Origin: Takakia lepidozioides | Lineage: Eukaryota > Plantae > Bryophyta | Length of the DNA: 64,000 bases | Assembly: GCA_030704615.1 (NCBI GenBank) | Contig: CM060732.1 | Span: 77,934,001 to 77,998,000, forward strand | Direction of reading: 5' to 3' | Shown here: in pieces, positions 49,181-61,900 of the stretch | Numbering within the stretch: the first letter of the stretch is position 1 | Layout: the number at the start of each line of letters is the position of its first letter | Notes under the pieces: model-generated | What the model saw: the letters and a program-made list of their open reading frames with translations, nothing else | Told to the model about the DNA's origin: nothing | Database searches by the model: none | Translations under genes and position numbers: made by a program

Positions 49181-51108
49181 GACAAGGTATATACCAGCAT
49201 ATACTGTTTTTCTGAAAAAGTGAAAAAGTTTAAGGGTTAACACAATAATTTCCCTGTTATGGCGTTGAGCCCATGGGCTTGGCAGTGTAGTAAACTGACG
49301 TGATTATCTTAGATATACTTCTACCAACTAAAGATGAATAGAAAAAATTTCAGTTCTTTCTTGAGGCCAGATGCAAGACTTCACAAAGCATCAAAGTCCC
49401 AAAACAAAGTAAGAGGTAAAGTTCCTGCCCAAGTGGTTTCCTGGCTTTGAGAATCCTGGCCCAGAGCCGAAAATCTGCAGGCAGGAGCTTTACCTGCCTG
49501 TGAAAATGGTGAGAGGCTGAGAGTAACTTGCTGGGGCAACAGTTGGAATGTGCTGCAAAATCGGAATGGGGGTTTCCAGACAGAAATTTATGAAGGAAAT
49601 TGCCAGCCAGGTTTTCAACTTGTTGTGGGTTGTTTGGGTCGGTACCTACTTTTACTTTTTGTGTTGCTCTGCAGGAGCCCACTTGCAACATTCCTGTCAT
49701 GCACTGGCACCTTTGAACACCCATAATGGATGTGCATACTGCAACATTTCAAAATGCTGATTACTGGTACTTCATTTGTGTCTGGAACTTAGATTGGAGG
49801 CCAAACCGTCGTCTTGGTGGAAGGTACTCCTCTTCAGGGGTCGCCCATGATGGCCAGTCAGCCGAGAAGATTATAGACATTCGATTGCAAATCAAGCCAT
49901 GATGAATCGAACTTGTGTGATAGGGATTCTACATGCGCGGTAGGTATTAGTCAACAACGTATGCATACGAAGGTGATGTCTTTGATGATCATCCCGCACT
50001 TCGAAGTAGATGTTGAAGGTTGTTGGATCTCTATCAACTCGGTACGAGACATTTTTGGAAGAGTACTACATTCCGGATCAGCACTGCCAGATCTTTTTAG
50101 ATGGATTTCTTGACAGAAATGCAAGTTTGTTGGATCCATTACGGTAGCGCTAAGACGATAGCATTACTACTATGAGACAGCTATGTGGGTGAGAGTGCCT
50201 TTTTGCACCGGTCATGTGATCTGTGATGCTCGAAGCTGAATCTGGAAAAGGCGAGGATAAGGTTTGCACAAGAGCCAAAATCACCAAGTCCGAAAGAGAG
50301 GTGAGAGGCTGTGTTTGTTTTTTGGGCGAGTGGAAGAGACATGAAGGGGGGGAGGGTTGCAAAGAAGCACATGGTTGGAGCGACAACATTGAAGCATGCA
50401 GGCGTGGCCAGGCAGGAGGAGAGATTTACGTTGGATTCCAGGCTGGGCAGGGAATGAGGCAAACGGCCTTCATCACGTGGAGCCTGGAGATGCACAGGCC
50501 ATGGTCCACCATGGCCTGTGTGCACTCGTGCCTCCATCCTCCACGTCCGTCACCTCTAGAATACCGGTGGGCAGCAACTTTCCCGACCTTGGCTGGCATT
50601 CATCCACACTCAGTTTGCATGCAGCGGATTGGTGTGCAGGCAGGAGGAGGTAAAGGCAAAGCTGCAGGTGGGCAGGATTTTGAGAGTCTGGGTGTGTGGG
50701 GGCCCACTATCTTCTGCTCTGGATGTATCTGGTGCAGCTCATGCACAGTCTGACTACACGCAACGCTCCGCAGGGATGGGGAATGCAAGCTTTCAAAAAG
50801 CTATGATGGCTTCGTAGGTATCGGCACGGTGCAACGGGTATATATGAGTGGGTTGGTAGGTGGGCGATGTTCATTGCAGCACATGAACATCCTCGAAGGA
50901 CTATCGCTAGTCCTTCAAGGTACACAACGGGAGGCTGCCTCCGACGACCCTTATAGTACTATAATTGAGCCCATGCAAAGTTTGCTGCCTCCTTCGTATT
51001 GAAGAGTTGGCAGATGGGCACCGGTGTTTCGGAGACAGTATGAAAATACAGTAACTGTTCAAGAATACTCTCACATCCCCAACGACCCACCTATCCCATA
51101 CCTCTTAG

Positions 51109-52008
51109 GATGAAGCCTGTCTTTCTCTGGGGTCCAGCAGCACTGATCAGTGTGATTGCACCATCCTGACGATGGCTGTAATGAGGAGCTCCAGCTGCCT
51201 CCAGGCCGAGCGAGATGTGGTTGGCAACAAGAGGAGACTCAAATACCTATAGCAAGCATCCTAGGGTGCAATTTATACTGATGAAATCGTAGCAATGGAA
51301 TCAACCTCCCATCTGCTTATTAATCTCCTAACTGATTAGCTAGCACCCTAAACAAACCTCTCTCGGTTATACCTGCATTCTAGAGTTTTGCTGCGTCCTC
51401 AGATCAATTTTCTCCCACTGTCAACGTTTCTAGAATCTCTATGTAATCACTGTAAATTTGCAATGAAATCCAATTTAAGGATCGGATCATGGAGTTATGT
51501 AAACTAGACTACCTAGGAATGATGGATCCAAGGACTTTCCTTACGAGTACCTAATATTGTTGGAATAGGGAATAGGAGGAATGAGAGAACTTGGTGGTTG
51601 CAGTTCGCAGGAATGAATGGAGAAATGATGAGAAGGAGAGCTAAGCATGGGGCAGCACGGCCAGCAGCAGCAGGCAATGATCTAGTCTGCAGCAGATCAT
51701 CTGCGGATTTGTGCAGTGGCCCATAATCTGTCAGACATTTGGCATTCCTCACTTTTGTCGTCTTCTCCTTCATGACGCTGGACCTGGCGCGCTCCTCCAT
51801 CATATGCGCTGTATGTGTGCGCCAAGATGAAGCCTCAGGATGAATTTCCCCTTGGGGCCAGCAGCACTGAGTGTGCTTGCGCCATCCTGACGATGGCTGT
51901 AATGAGGAGCTCCAGTTGCCTTCAGGAGCGAAATGCTCGCTGGCAACAAGAGGAGACTCGCATTACCTGTAGCAAGCATGCAAGGGTGCATTTTATATTG
52001 ATGAAATC
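51109..52008. repeat. ~180-bp dispersed direct repeat (51109-51288 and 51826-52008) in a decayed region
   Basis: Shared CCATCCTGACGATGGCTGTAATGAGGAGCTCCAG...GGCAACAAGAGGAGACTC...TAGCAAGCAT...AGGGTGCA...TGATGAAATC. Confidence 0.85.
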
Positions 52009-53763
52009 TTAGAGATTGCATCAGGATAAACTGATCATCGGTAAACTTACCGACACCAGGGCTTGCCAACCCTGTCAGAGTATGTGTGCTGCAGTATGAT
52101 AAACAGATGTGTGCAAGCAAATGTCTCCTGCGTGAATTCATGTCTAGGCATAAACATCCCAAGGCAACTGAACTGTTGTACACTCGTGAAAGAAAGGTTG
52201 AATGTGGGTCTGGTCGATCCCACCAACAAATTGTAGAACCTCCCAAGTGGTAATCGCTTTGTGATCTCGCAGGAAGGGTCCGCTTCCAAGTCAACTCGAG
52301 CAACAAGAAAGCTGTTGTTAGGCTTCCTGGCTTTAGGCACTGCTTTTCCCTTGGCCCAGTGGCGTCCAGTTCTGGGGTGGTATCCTTCTATATGTTTCCT
52401 CCCTTTCCTAATTTGACATCAGAAAACGGAAAACAAAATATCAAAATATCGGCTTGTGGCTGGGAATACACTGGACAAAATCTCCAGCACTGTGATTAAT
52501 ACTATCATTGTATCAAGCTGCATCTTTGCACAATGCGATAGAATTGATTTCATCAACACTTTTCTTCAGAGTAGAATAATCATATGTAGATATTTGATAT
52601 GTAGAGGAAGTCCAAGGGGAGATACTAGCCCTTTTCCAGGCCAAGTGACACCGGCGTTCTTCCACAGGAGTTGGCCTCGTTTTTTTTGGGGCAGAGGAGG
52701 TACGGCTCGGTGTTTCATAATTATGCAAACATTTCAGACTAGCAAATGACAGAATGTGTGCACCCATGGCCGGCGTGCCAATAAACTCTCCAGACTTGCC
52801 TCTTGCCTGCAGTAATTCACTGCAGTAGGCATGCAGCTGTAGTTGTGTCTCTGAAGCTGCATTCTCAGTTTTGAAATCCAGTGGAGCCACCATTCCAAGG
52901 TGAGCATACATACACATCACGTACCTCTGCATGAGAGAATTTGAGTGGGATGGTTTTTTCGCTGAGCAGGAGAGGCAAGAGGTCCTATATCATTGATACT
53001 ACATTTGAGGAGATCACGTGTATGAGAATGCTGCTCATATGCCTCCCATTTGTGTACTTGCTTACTCGCTTGCTTGAAGCTACAGGTCATTGCGGCTCCC
53101 TGTTCAAAGGGAAATACCCACAAGTTTTGTCTCTCTGGGTTAACCATTACAGAGATAAGAGAAACATGCAAGGTTGCTCTACAGATAGGAGGGACCAGCG
53201 GTGTCAGTCTACAGCATAATTGTTATTTTATTAATGCTACACCAGAAAAAAGTGGGAAACCAAACTCATGAAAATCTTAACTCGGCCATGTGCTGGAATC
53301 CTTCATTGATTTAGACAAGTTCCATGAGTTCTACCAGTGGGCCAAGCAGTATTTTATTCCTCCATGAGTCTTAGAAAAATATTAATTCATTTATGTTGAT
53401 TGTTGCTGTAGGTCATGCTAATGTGCATTAACTGCAGGTGGCATTAGAGGAATACCTGGAGAGAGAGCGAGAGAACAGCCGATTCCTCGTATAGAAGTTG
53501 CCATCCTTACACCTCTATTGACTCTGATCAAATCGAAAGTAGGATGACCCGCGTGCTTGTCATCCTACCCCCACAATCCAGTGCCTTGCGCTGGACCTAG
53601 GACGCATGTAGTCCTCACTCCAGTAAGGTTGTCTGTCAGTCTGTTGCTGTCTGTAGCATTCAATGACATATTTTTCTTTTGATGTCACCCTTTGCTTGCG
53701 CAAAATATGAAACGTTATGAACTCTTCTCATGTTTGGACTAACTTTCATACATGTATTTTGTT

Positions 53764-54212
53764 TCACCTGTAATCCCGGCAAGAACAAACCCCGTTCTCG
53801 AAGTGGTGAAAGTGGTTGGCCATCTTGGAAATAAACTTGGTCGCGGTGTGGCAGTCACCACGCACCCGGAGGTTTTTGATAATGCGGATAGGTGTCCCAG
53901 AGGGGGTGCTGATGAGCCCAAAGACAAAGCTAGCTTTTCACTATGGTGGAAAAGAGAACATTCCATTTTGCTCTTCCTCCATATCACGCAATACAAAGCG
54001 GGTGTCAGGCAAATACCTGGCCTCCTTCATTGTGCCCATACAGCCTCTGCAGCTCAGCATGGATTTCGTCAATCTTGTCTCCTACAACAAATCTATGCAC
54101 CTTGTGGTCCACCTCAACCCAATTGCACCCTGGCTCCTTTCTAACACCTCTGTCCTCCATCATTTTCCTCACCTTCGCTTCATCCTCCCACCTGCCAGCC
54201 GCAGCATGCCAC
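53764..54212 (-). pseudogene. Disrupted E2/E+/DYW (PG-type C-to-U deaminase) tail of the PPR gene
   Basis: [59 protein letters not shown] spread over several frames with deletions. Confidence 0.92.
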
Positions 54213-56840
54213 CTAAGTGGCAGCATGCTGTGGATCGCACTTGAGACGGCATTCTGCTACACGTTCTGCTAGCTTCACATCACCATGAGTTCTGCAGGCA
54301 CTGAGCAAGGCCCCCCACACCCCAGCATCTGCTTTGATTGGCATTTTGCTTATGAAGTCCTCTGCCTCATCCAATCGCCCTCCACGGCCAAGCAGGTCAA
54401 CCATGCAGCCAAAATGCTCCACTGTAGGAGTGAGGCCATGATCTCGATTCATGGACTCAAAGTAGCGACGGCCATCTTCTACTAGGCCCCCATGGCTACA
54501 CGCAGACAGAAGAGATATGAAGGTGACACCATCTGGCTTGAAGCCTTCCTGCTGCATTTTCCCAAATAGTTGGAGGGCCTCTCTACCACACCCATGCTGA
54601 GCATATCCGGCAATCATGGCGTTCCATGACACCACATTTCTTTGAGCCATATTGTCAAACACTTGACGTGCATCCACTATGCTCCCACATTTGGCATACA
54701 TGTCAGCAAGGGCAGTCTCCAGAATGATATCAGGCATCATCCCAGACTTGCTGATGTCTGCATGAATCTCTTTGCCTATTTCCAGGGCAGCCACGCTGGC
54801 ACAAGCATTGAGAATGCAAATGAGCGTGACTTTGTTGGGCACCACTCCATCCTGTATCATTTGCTCATACATCTGGAAAGCCTCCCTACCACACCCATGC
54901 TTAGCATAGCCTGCAACCATTGCAGTCCATGATACCACATCTCGTTTCTCCATATTGTCAAACACTTGACGTGCCTCGATCATGCTCCCACATTTGGCAT
55001 ACATGTCAACAAGGGCAGTCTCTAAAATGATGTCTGGCACAATTCCAGAGTTCATGATGTCGGCATGGACCTCCTTAGCCTTTTCCAGGGTTCCTAGGAT
55101 GGCACATGCATGAAGAAGAGAAACGAATGTGACCTTGTCAGGCTTCACCCCCTCCCATACCATTTGCTCATGGGTCTGGAAAACCTCCCTAGCACACCCT
55201 ATCTGAACATATCCTGTTATCATCACACTCCAAGAGAACACATTTCGTTGAGCCATACTTTCAAACATTTTCTGTGCATCTTTCATGCTCCCGCATTTGG
55301 CATACATGTCAACAAGGGCGGTCTCCAGAATTATATCTGGTCCAATTCCAGCTTTGATGATGTCGGCATGGACAACTTTGCCCTTTTCCAGGGCTCCTAG
55401 TTTAGCATTTGCGTTTACAATGCAAATGAATGTAACCTTGTTGGGTGTCACCCCTTCCCTTCTCATCTGCTCAAAGATCTCAAAAGCCTCCTTACCCAAC
55501 CCATGCTGAGCATATCCTGCGACCATTGTGCTCCATGAGACGACATCTTTCTGAGCCATATTGTCAAACACTTGACGTGCATCCTCTACACTCCCGCATT
55601 TGGCATACATATCAATAAGGGAATTCTCCAACATCATGTCTGGCAAAAGTCCAGCTTTGATGATGTCAGCATGGACCCCTTTGCCTTTTGCCAGGGCTTG
55701 TAAGCTGATGCACGCGTTAACAACACAAATGAATGTGACCTTGTTGGGGGTAACCCTTTCCTGCATCATTCCCTCGTACAGCTGGAAAGCTTCCTTGCCA
55801 CACCCATGCTGAGCATATCCTGCAATCATTGCGCTCCAGGAGACCACGTTTCGTTTAGCCATATTGTCAAATATGTGACGTGCCTTTTTGACACTGCCAC
55901 ATTTGGCATACATGTCAACTAGGGCAGTCTCCATAATGATATCTGGTTCAATTCCCGCTTTGCTAATATCACCATGGACCTCTTTGCCCTTTCCCAGGGC
56001 TCCTAGACTTGCACATGCATTGACAACACAAATAAATGTGACCTTGTTGGGCATCACCCCTTCCTGTATCATCTGCTCATAGATCTGCAAAGCCTCCCTA
56101 GCATACCCATTCTGAGCATACCCTGCGATCATTGCACTCCATGAGACCACATTTCGCTTAGCCATATCACCAAACACTTGACATGCATCCTGAACACTCC
56201 TGCATTTGGCATACATGTCAACGAGGGCAGTCTCCAGAATCACATCTGAATCGATTCCAGCTTTGATGATGTCAGCATGGACCCCTTTGCCCTTTTCCAG
56301 GGCTAGAAGGCTGGCACATGCCGTGACAATGCATATGAATGTGACTTTATCCGGCGTCACCCCCTCCTCTTGCATCAGATCATAAATCTTGAAAGCCTCC
56401 ATAGCCTGGCCATGCTTGGCATAGCCTGCAATCATAATAGTCCATGTAAAGAGATTTCGTTCAGGCATTTTGTCAAACACTTGGCGTGCATCTACCACAC
56501 TCCCACACTTCGAATACATGTTGACAAGGGTATTGAATAGGAAGACATTTGGCTTGAATCCACTTTGGATAATGTAGGCATGCACCTGCTTCCCCTCTGC
56601 TAGCTTTTTCATGTTGATGCACTCCTGCAAAACACAAGCATAACTATTGGAGTCTGCTTGAATGCCTTTTTGGTTCAAAATCTGAAGTGCCTCCTTCAGA
56701 CGTCCAGCCTTACTAAGTGTCCTCACATCCCCAAACGTGCCGGAAGACCCCTTGTTGACTGCCATCATTCGTCCTCCTTCCAAAGCAGCAGTGTTGGTGG
56801 AGGTGCTAATCCTGCTGCCAGTCTGATGACCAACAAACAA
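54213..56840 (-). CDS. PLS-class PPR protein: 23 motifs (L,S,[P,L,S]x6,P2,L2,S2) plus E1, ending at a premature TAG
   Basis: 875-codon open frame of 101-aa PLS triplets (VVSW.AMIAGYAQHG / KVTFIC...AC / ETALVDMYAKCGS). First in-frame ATG 56768; a 5' exon is possible. Confidence 0.9.
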   Translation of the reverse strand: MFVGHQTGSRISTSTNTAALEGGRMMAVNKGSSGTFGDVRTLSKAGRLKEALQILNQKGIQADSNSYACVLQECINMKKLAEGKQVHAYIIQSGFKPNVFLFNTLVNMYSKCGSVVDARQVFDKMPERNLFTWTIMIAGYAKHGQAMEAFKIYDLMQEEGVTPDKVTFICIVTACASLLALEKGKGVHADIIKAGIDSDVILETALVDMYAKCRSVQDACQVFGDMAKRNVVSWSAMIAGYAQNGYAREALQIYEQMIQEGVMPNKVTFICVVNACASLGALGKGKEVHGDISKAGIEPDIIMETALVDMYAKCGSVKKARHIFDNMAKRNVVSWSAMIAGYAQHGCGKEAFQLYEGMMQERVTPNKVTFICVVNACISLQALAKGKGVHADIIKAGLLPDMMLENSLIDMYAKCGSVEDARQVFDNMAQKDVVSWSTMVAGYAQHGLGKEAFEIFEQMRREGVTPNKVTFICIVNANAKLGALEKGKVVHADIIKAGIGPDIILETALVDMYAKCGSMKDAQKMFESMAQRNVFSWSVMITGYVQIGCAREVFQTHEQMVWEGVKPDKVTFVSLLHACAILGTLEKAKEVHADIMNSGIVPDIILETALVDMYAKCGSMIEARQVFDNMEKRDVVSWTAMVAGYAKHGCGREAFQMYEQMIQDGVVPNKVTLICILNACASVAALEIGKEIHADISKSGMMPDIILETALADMYAKCGSIVDARQVFDNMAQRNVVSWNAMIAGYAQHGCGREALQLFGKMQQEGFKPDGVTFISLLSACSHGGLVEDGRRYFESMNRDHGLTPTVEHFGCMVDLLGRGGRLDEAEDFISKMPIKADAGVWGALLSACRTHGDVKLAERVAECRLKCDPQHAAT

Positions 56841-57701
56841 TGGTGCTTGACCTGCTATCCTGCATGACTCACCATAGTTGGTAAACTACTTCAAAGCTCC
56901 TAGATATTAAATTTGATTATCAGTACAAACTAACAGAGCGATCAACTTTGACAAAAAAACGTAGCAATCTTCTGTTAGGATCATCATCAAACAATACCTA
57001 TTGTAATCGCAGCCTGGAGCTCGATGGTATACATCAAAAAATGAACCATCAATGGATGGTGCTGGCACTTGTATCATGGCAGAGAGCTCAGCTTCCAACC
57101 CCAAGAAGCTTTCGACTGACTCTCAGTCCAAATGCACTTGTGTCTGGAGCCAAGTGATCTTGGACTTCTCTATTAACACCAAGAGCGGGCACCTGAGTAG
57201 TCATAGCTTCACCCACAGCCTTGCTTAGACCAGGCTGCACCCACAAAGGCTACAAGGTACCTTTAAACTGACCTACTTTCATATTCTTCCAACAAGCAAG
57301 CACGGTACTGATAGTGAGAATTGCTTTTGCTGGTTTTTGCAGCTAAGAGCAAAATTTTCATAAATCTAAGCAACTTGAGATGTAAGAGAGTCCATGAAAC
57401 ATTGTCGCTGATTCTTGAAAAGGCTATGATCTCGCCCCCCCAAAGTGGCTCCAAGTCCTTCCCTTACTACCTCTATGAGACTCAGCAGGTGGTTTCAAGA
57501 CATTATCAGGTCTCTAGCTTCTTTGACAGACAACGGCCTGTCCATTCTGTCCCCACTGCAGAAGGTCTGCAAATGCAAGAGCTATCATATTAGGCGGACC
57601 TGGAAACCAAAGAAATCTTACCAATCTATTGCGACACTTTCTGGTCCTACTTGTCTGCAACTCTATCTCCATCTCTCTAAGGTCTACAACAGGAACACGT
57701 T

Positions 57702-57952
57702 GTGGGGCATTTTGGTGAGGATGAGTATAATTCCAAAGGCAAGCGGCTTATCAATTTCCTGAAAGAGCTTCAGCTTTTGACCTTGAACAATAGGTCAAAG
57801 AAGACCCTTTGCAGTGGACTCGTGAAAAAGCCCAAACTGGGGAACAGTCCATTGTTGATTATATCATAGTGGATAAGGAGTTGTTTCCTCATGGTGCAAA
57901 AATGTTGGTTGCTGGAACCGATATTGTTACTTCTGACCACTTTCTTGTCTAG
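57702..57952 (+). mobile_element. LINE APE-endonuclease fragment
   Basis: GHFGEDEYNSKGKRLINFL...LTLNNR, WTR...SIVDYIIV, SDHFLV, with one frameshift. Confidence 0.8.
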
Positions 57953-58979
57953 ACTGAGAGAAGGAGTATAACACTAAGAAATATGTGAAACGTTTGATTC
58001 CAATGTCCAGGGTATTCTCATCAGAGAGAGACTTCTTCTGGACAATCAAGAACATAGACCCTGCACCTCTAATCACCAACTTCCAAGTCCTATGTTGCCC
58101 TTGCTCCATACTACTAGAAACTACAGCCATTTTTCTGGATGATTTTTGCTGTAGCGCCAGAGCAGGATTGCTTGTGAGTGCAATCGTCACTCGTCCTTCC
58201 AGGAAATCCTGAATATACCCCGTTTCATTCTATTGCATTTGGAAGTCAGCACAAGGAAAGTAAGTGAGGAAGAACAAACAATGAAAGAAACTTCCAAACT
58301 CCAGCGCAAACAGATTGAGACCAAAAAATAACACAAATGTTAGATGTCCATACCTTTCGTCGGGTTCCCTGCAGGCTGGGCTTGCCTCAAAGCCATCTCG
58401 TGGAAGCAACTCGAGTTCGGCATTGCCAAGCTTAAGGGCCATTTCAGCTCCACAGCCTGGCCCGTGAATCTGCTCCATAGCGTGAGGCCTCCCGCCAGTT
58501 CACCGCAAGGAGCCCCGGGTATGGGCTCTTCCTGTAGGTTAGGAGCGAGTGATAGACCGCAGCATAGCATAGATAGGATTGTGCCCACTTTCGGGAACCG
58601 CTACAAACCAACCCCTTCTCTCCCGTGAAGCCGGCCTCCAAGCATGTACCAGAGCATTCAGGTGCAATTGAAGCAGCTAACATTGTTGTACAGACAGAAT
58701 TCAAGAGTTGATCATCTACACAGCCAAATGCACTCTGCCACCACAATGTGATCTTCAAATTGGTTGTTCTGTTGTAGTCTCTCGGGTGGGGGTGGTCGGA
58801 AGACCTCTGGTCGGTGTGTCCGACCAGAAGTCTTCCTAGTTCCTCGGATGGGTCAGCTGTTCTTAGTGTTGGAAAAGGGTATTTGAGACACCTTTCATTC
58901 GGTCTGCCGACGTTGGGGAGATTGGGTCCAACTGACTCTGCCGAAACCCAGATCTAGTGTGGGTATACAGGAGGGGAGG

Positions 58980-61900
58980 ATGTTGGCGAAGGTGATTGGC
59001 TGGTTTCGGAGGAGCGGGAAGCAGCTGGCGGGTATGGACAAGGCTGGCAATTCCTATTTTCGTGAACCCGAGACTGTGGAAGGAGCATGTATGTTCCTAC
59101 CTAATTGACAGGCCTTCCCCCCTCTTTCAATCTGAAACGCATACCTGCACAAATATCACCGTCTCATCAATAGTGACTGACGTAGATTTCGAGGTCCTCC
59201 ATACAGTTCAATAGTCCTTAGTGGAGCGGTGTTTGTCTACAAGAAGATCGGCAGTCTACGTGAAAGTGCTCAATAACTGAGGTATCACTTAGTAATAGGT
59301 CACTGCAACAATCTGTATGTAGTTTAGAAAACCCCTTCCATTGTCTAGAGTCTCTTTGGAGACAAATAGGGTATTCTCGCATGGAATTGTTGCTGGGAGT
59401 AGTTAGGCCTTCTATCATGTGACACGCTCCTGATGGTTTTGACAAATTCACCAGAATTTGAGGTTTCCCTGGAGCACTGCTCTCTCAATCCCTATACCTA
59501 CACGTCCCAACTCAAGTGACGTCCCTGTGGCACAATTTGATGTCACAGATCCTAGTGTTTCAATGTTCCCCAATGCTGAGAAGGACGGTGATGAGAATAT
59601 CCATATGCTATTTCAGTGACAGAGAGAAGATGGGTCAAGTTCAAGAGCTCTCCAGATCCCTCAACAGTGCCTGGTGAGTTTATCGTTTTCAGTTCAGTGA
59701 CTGAATCTTTGTTGTAGCCATTCTTTTGAGCTCCTTCAATATCTTCCTCGAGGACCTTGATGCACTAAGATCATATTATTTGTGCAGTGGAGTGGAACAG
59801 CTGGCTGAATGGCAGGCGTAAAGAGGCCCCTACTCCTGAGGTATGTACTCAGTTCACAATCCAACTTTCAGGCCTCACTCCTTTCCCCTTTTTCTGCAGT
59901 GCATGTTTTGCTTTGAGTTTGAGTTTCGTTCTTGGAATTTAAAAGTGTGTTCTTGAGTAGCTCCATGGCTAATTTTAAAGACTGCTGGTCCTGATGTCCA
60001 GGAAATCATGGAACTAGAAGCTCGGCGCAAACTCACCAAGTTGAAGGCTGCATGTACTTCTTTCACCTCTGTGATGGTTTTTGTTCCCTAAATTTTTAGC
60101 CACCTGCAGGAGGGAAAGAGTATCTGATTGTGATGCACTGATAATATCTGTTCTGCTGTTTGACCCAGTATTGGAAAAGGAAGAGGAGAAGCGTCGATAT
60201 AGAGCCAAAACACTTCAGCAGGGAATGACTCAAGGTTAGAAGAGAGAGGCAAGCGAGACCCTTTAATTTTTTCCTGGCATGCATTGAGTGTTTCCATTTG
60301 AACAACACAATAGAAGTGCTTCTTCGTAAATGTCAGTTGAAATTGGTTTTGCAGATGATGTGAGCCCTCGCAACATGTCACTCTTCCTGCAGCAAGTGAC
60401 TGGGGGTGATCTTCCTGCACAAGGTACACACAATTGACCACCTTTAGCAATTTGCCATTGCCAGTACTTCATTTTAGCTCTCTGAAATCTCAAATAATGT
60501 GCTTTTGCTTGATGTAGGTCAGGTTCTAAATGAGAAGCAATATGTAATTTGGATGCCACTCTCATATGCTGCTTCCCTTCTATGGTCCATACCCATGCTG
60601 CCAGTATAGCCAGACAGTCTATTTCTTGACTTAAGTCTGGTGAATGAGCAGATATTCACCTTGTCATTAGGTTGGTGTCTCTATGGAATATCACCTCACA
60701 ACAGATTCATGTGTTGGTGAACCCTAAATGCAAGAGAAAACTCAGAGACCATATCCAACCTCAATAGCCACAATACCCTGAAGTGGAAAATGCAAGTAGT
60801 AAGGAGCATTTTCAGTTTTAAAGTCTAACCTGTAGCCACATACCTTGCTTAAAGCCCTCCATCCTGCGAAGGATTTTGAAAGCATACAGAACTTTCAATA
60901 GCGTCTCTGGCCTATAAGTGACCCCTACATGCCGTGTGTGTGCAATGATTGGACAGCCCCTTCCTCAGCAAATTTACAGGGTTGTAAAGTTGAGCACCTT
61001 GAGGAAACATCCGTATAGCAGTGAACCACCCCTTGTCCTATGCCTAGTCGTCACTACGAACCAGTTTTGAGGAGGACACAACAGAATTTCCCTATTGGGT
61101 GGAACCTCACTCATTTGGTGCAGACGTGTGTCTGCACAAAACACAGTTTTGGGAGGTGATCCTTCTCCTATCTTTGCTGGGCATCTTGTTCAAATAACAT
61201 CCATCCCATGTCAGAGGGATTCAGGGAGAACTGTTGCAGCTAGTTCATGTAGGTGTAAGGTCCAGCACACGTCAAAGTAGGCCTGTGCATGGCATTGAGT
61301 GTCATTGGTGTGTACTTATGATCTGTGGAAGCTCTGAACTGGATCTATCGAGTTCCTTGACTTCCACAGTAATGGCTTTGTCGTCGCTGCCTGTGAGTCT
61401 GCTGTTCTCCCATGGACATCAGGGCAAGAATCCTCAGATAGTTACACCAGGACAAACTCACCACGGTACCCTTCAACCTGGATCCAGTCCTTTCTAAAGG
61501 GCTTGTTGGAGCTCGAGCTGAATGCCCTTGCTGTGATACTAGGTAAGCCATCTGGACACAACAAAATCTTTCAAGAGGTTGGTAATGGAGGAGTCCTAGA
61601 GATGGCTCCAGGAAGTATGAGACTCCTATGAGACTCCTTAACCAAGCTTTGTAATGTCATGATGTGGATGAGGAATTGGCTTTGGGGAACAAATATGTGA
61701 GACTAATTGGCAACTTTGGATGCCTAATTCCATCATTAGCGTTAAAAATTGAAGAACGCAAACCCTGCTCTTTCGGAAATTTGAAGTGAGAATTTGCTCT
61801 TGATCTGACCAGTGTCTTGTGGAAGTCATGTCCAGACAAAAACGATACTATGGTTGACCAGGCAGCTTCAGGTCCTCAAGCAGGCATGCGGGAGGGTATG

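Noticed and set aside
50940-51030. AP2/ERF-like fragment (FNTKEAANFAWAQL) on minus strand
   Set aside because: Too short, lacks the upstream YRGVR/WxAEI motifs and contains a stop.
61420-61497. GTLQPGSSPF* as last exon of the NDUFAF2-like gene
   Set aside because: Wrong phase; a better-conserved terminal exon (FKPGTWQAPK*) exists at 62300-62363.
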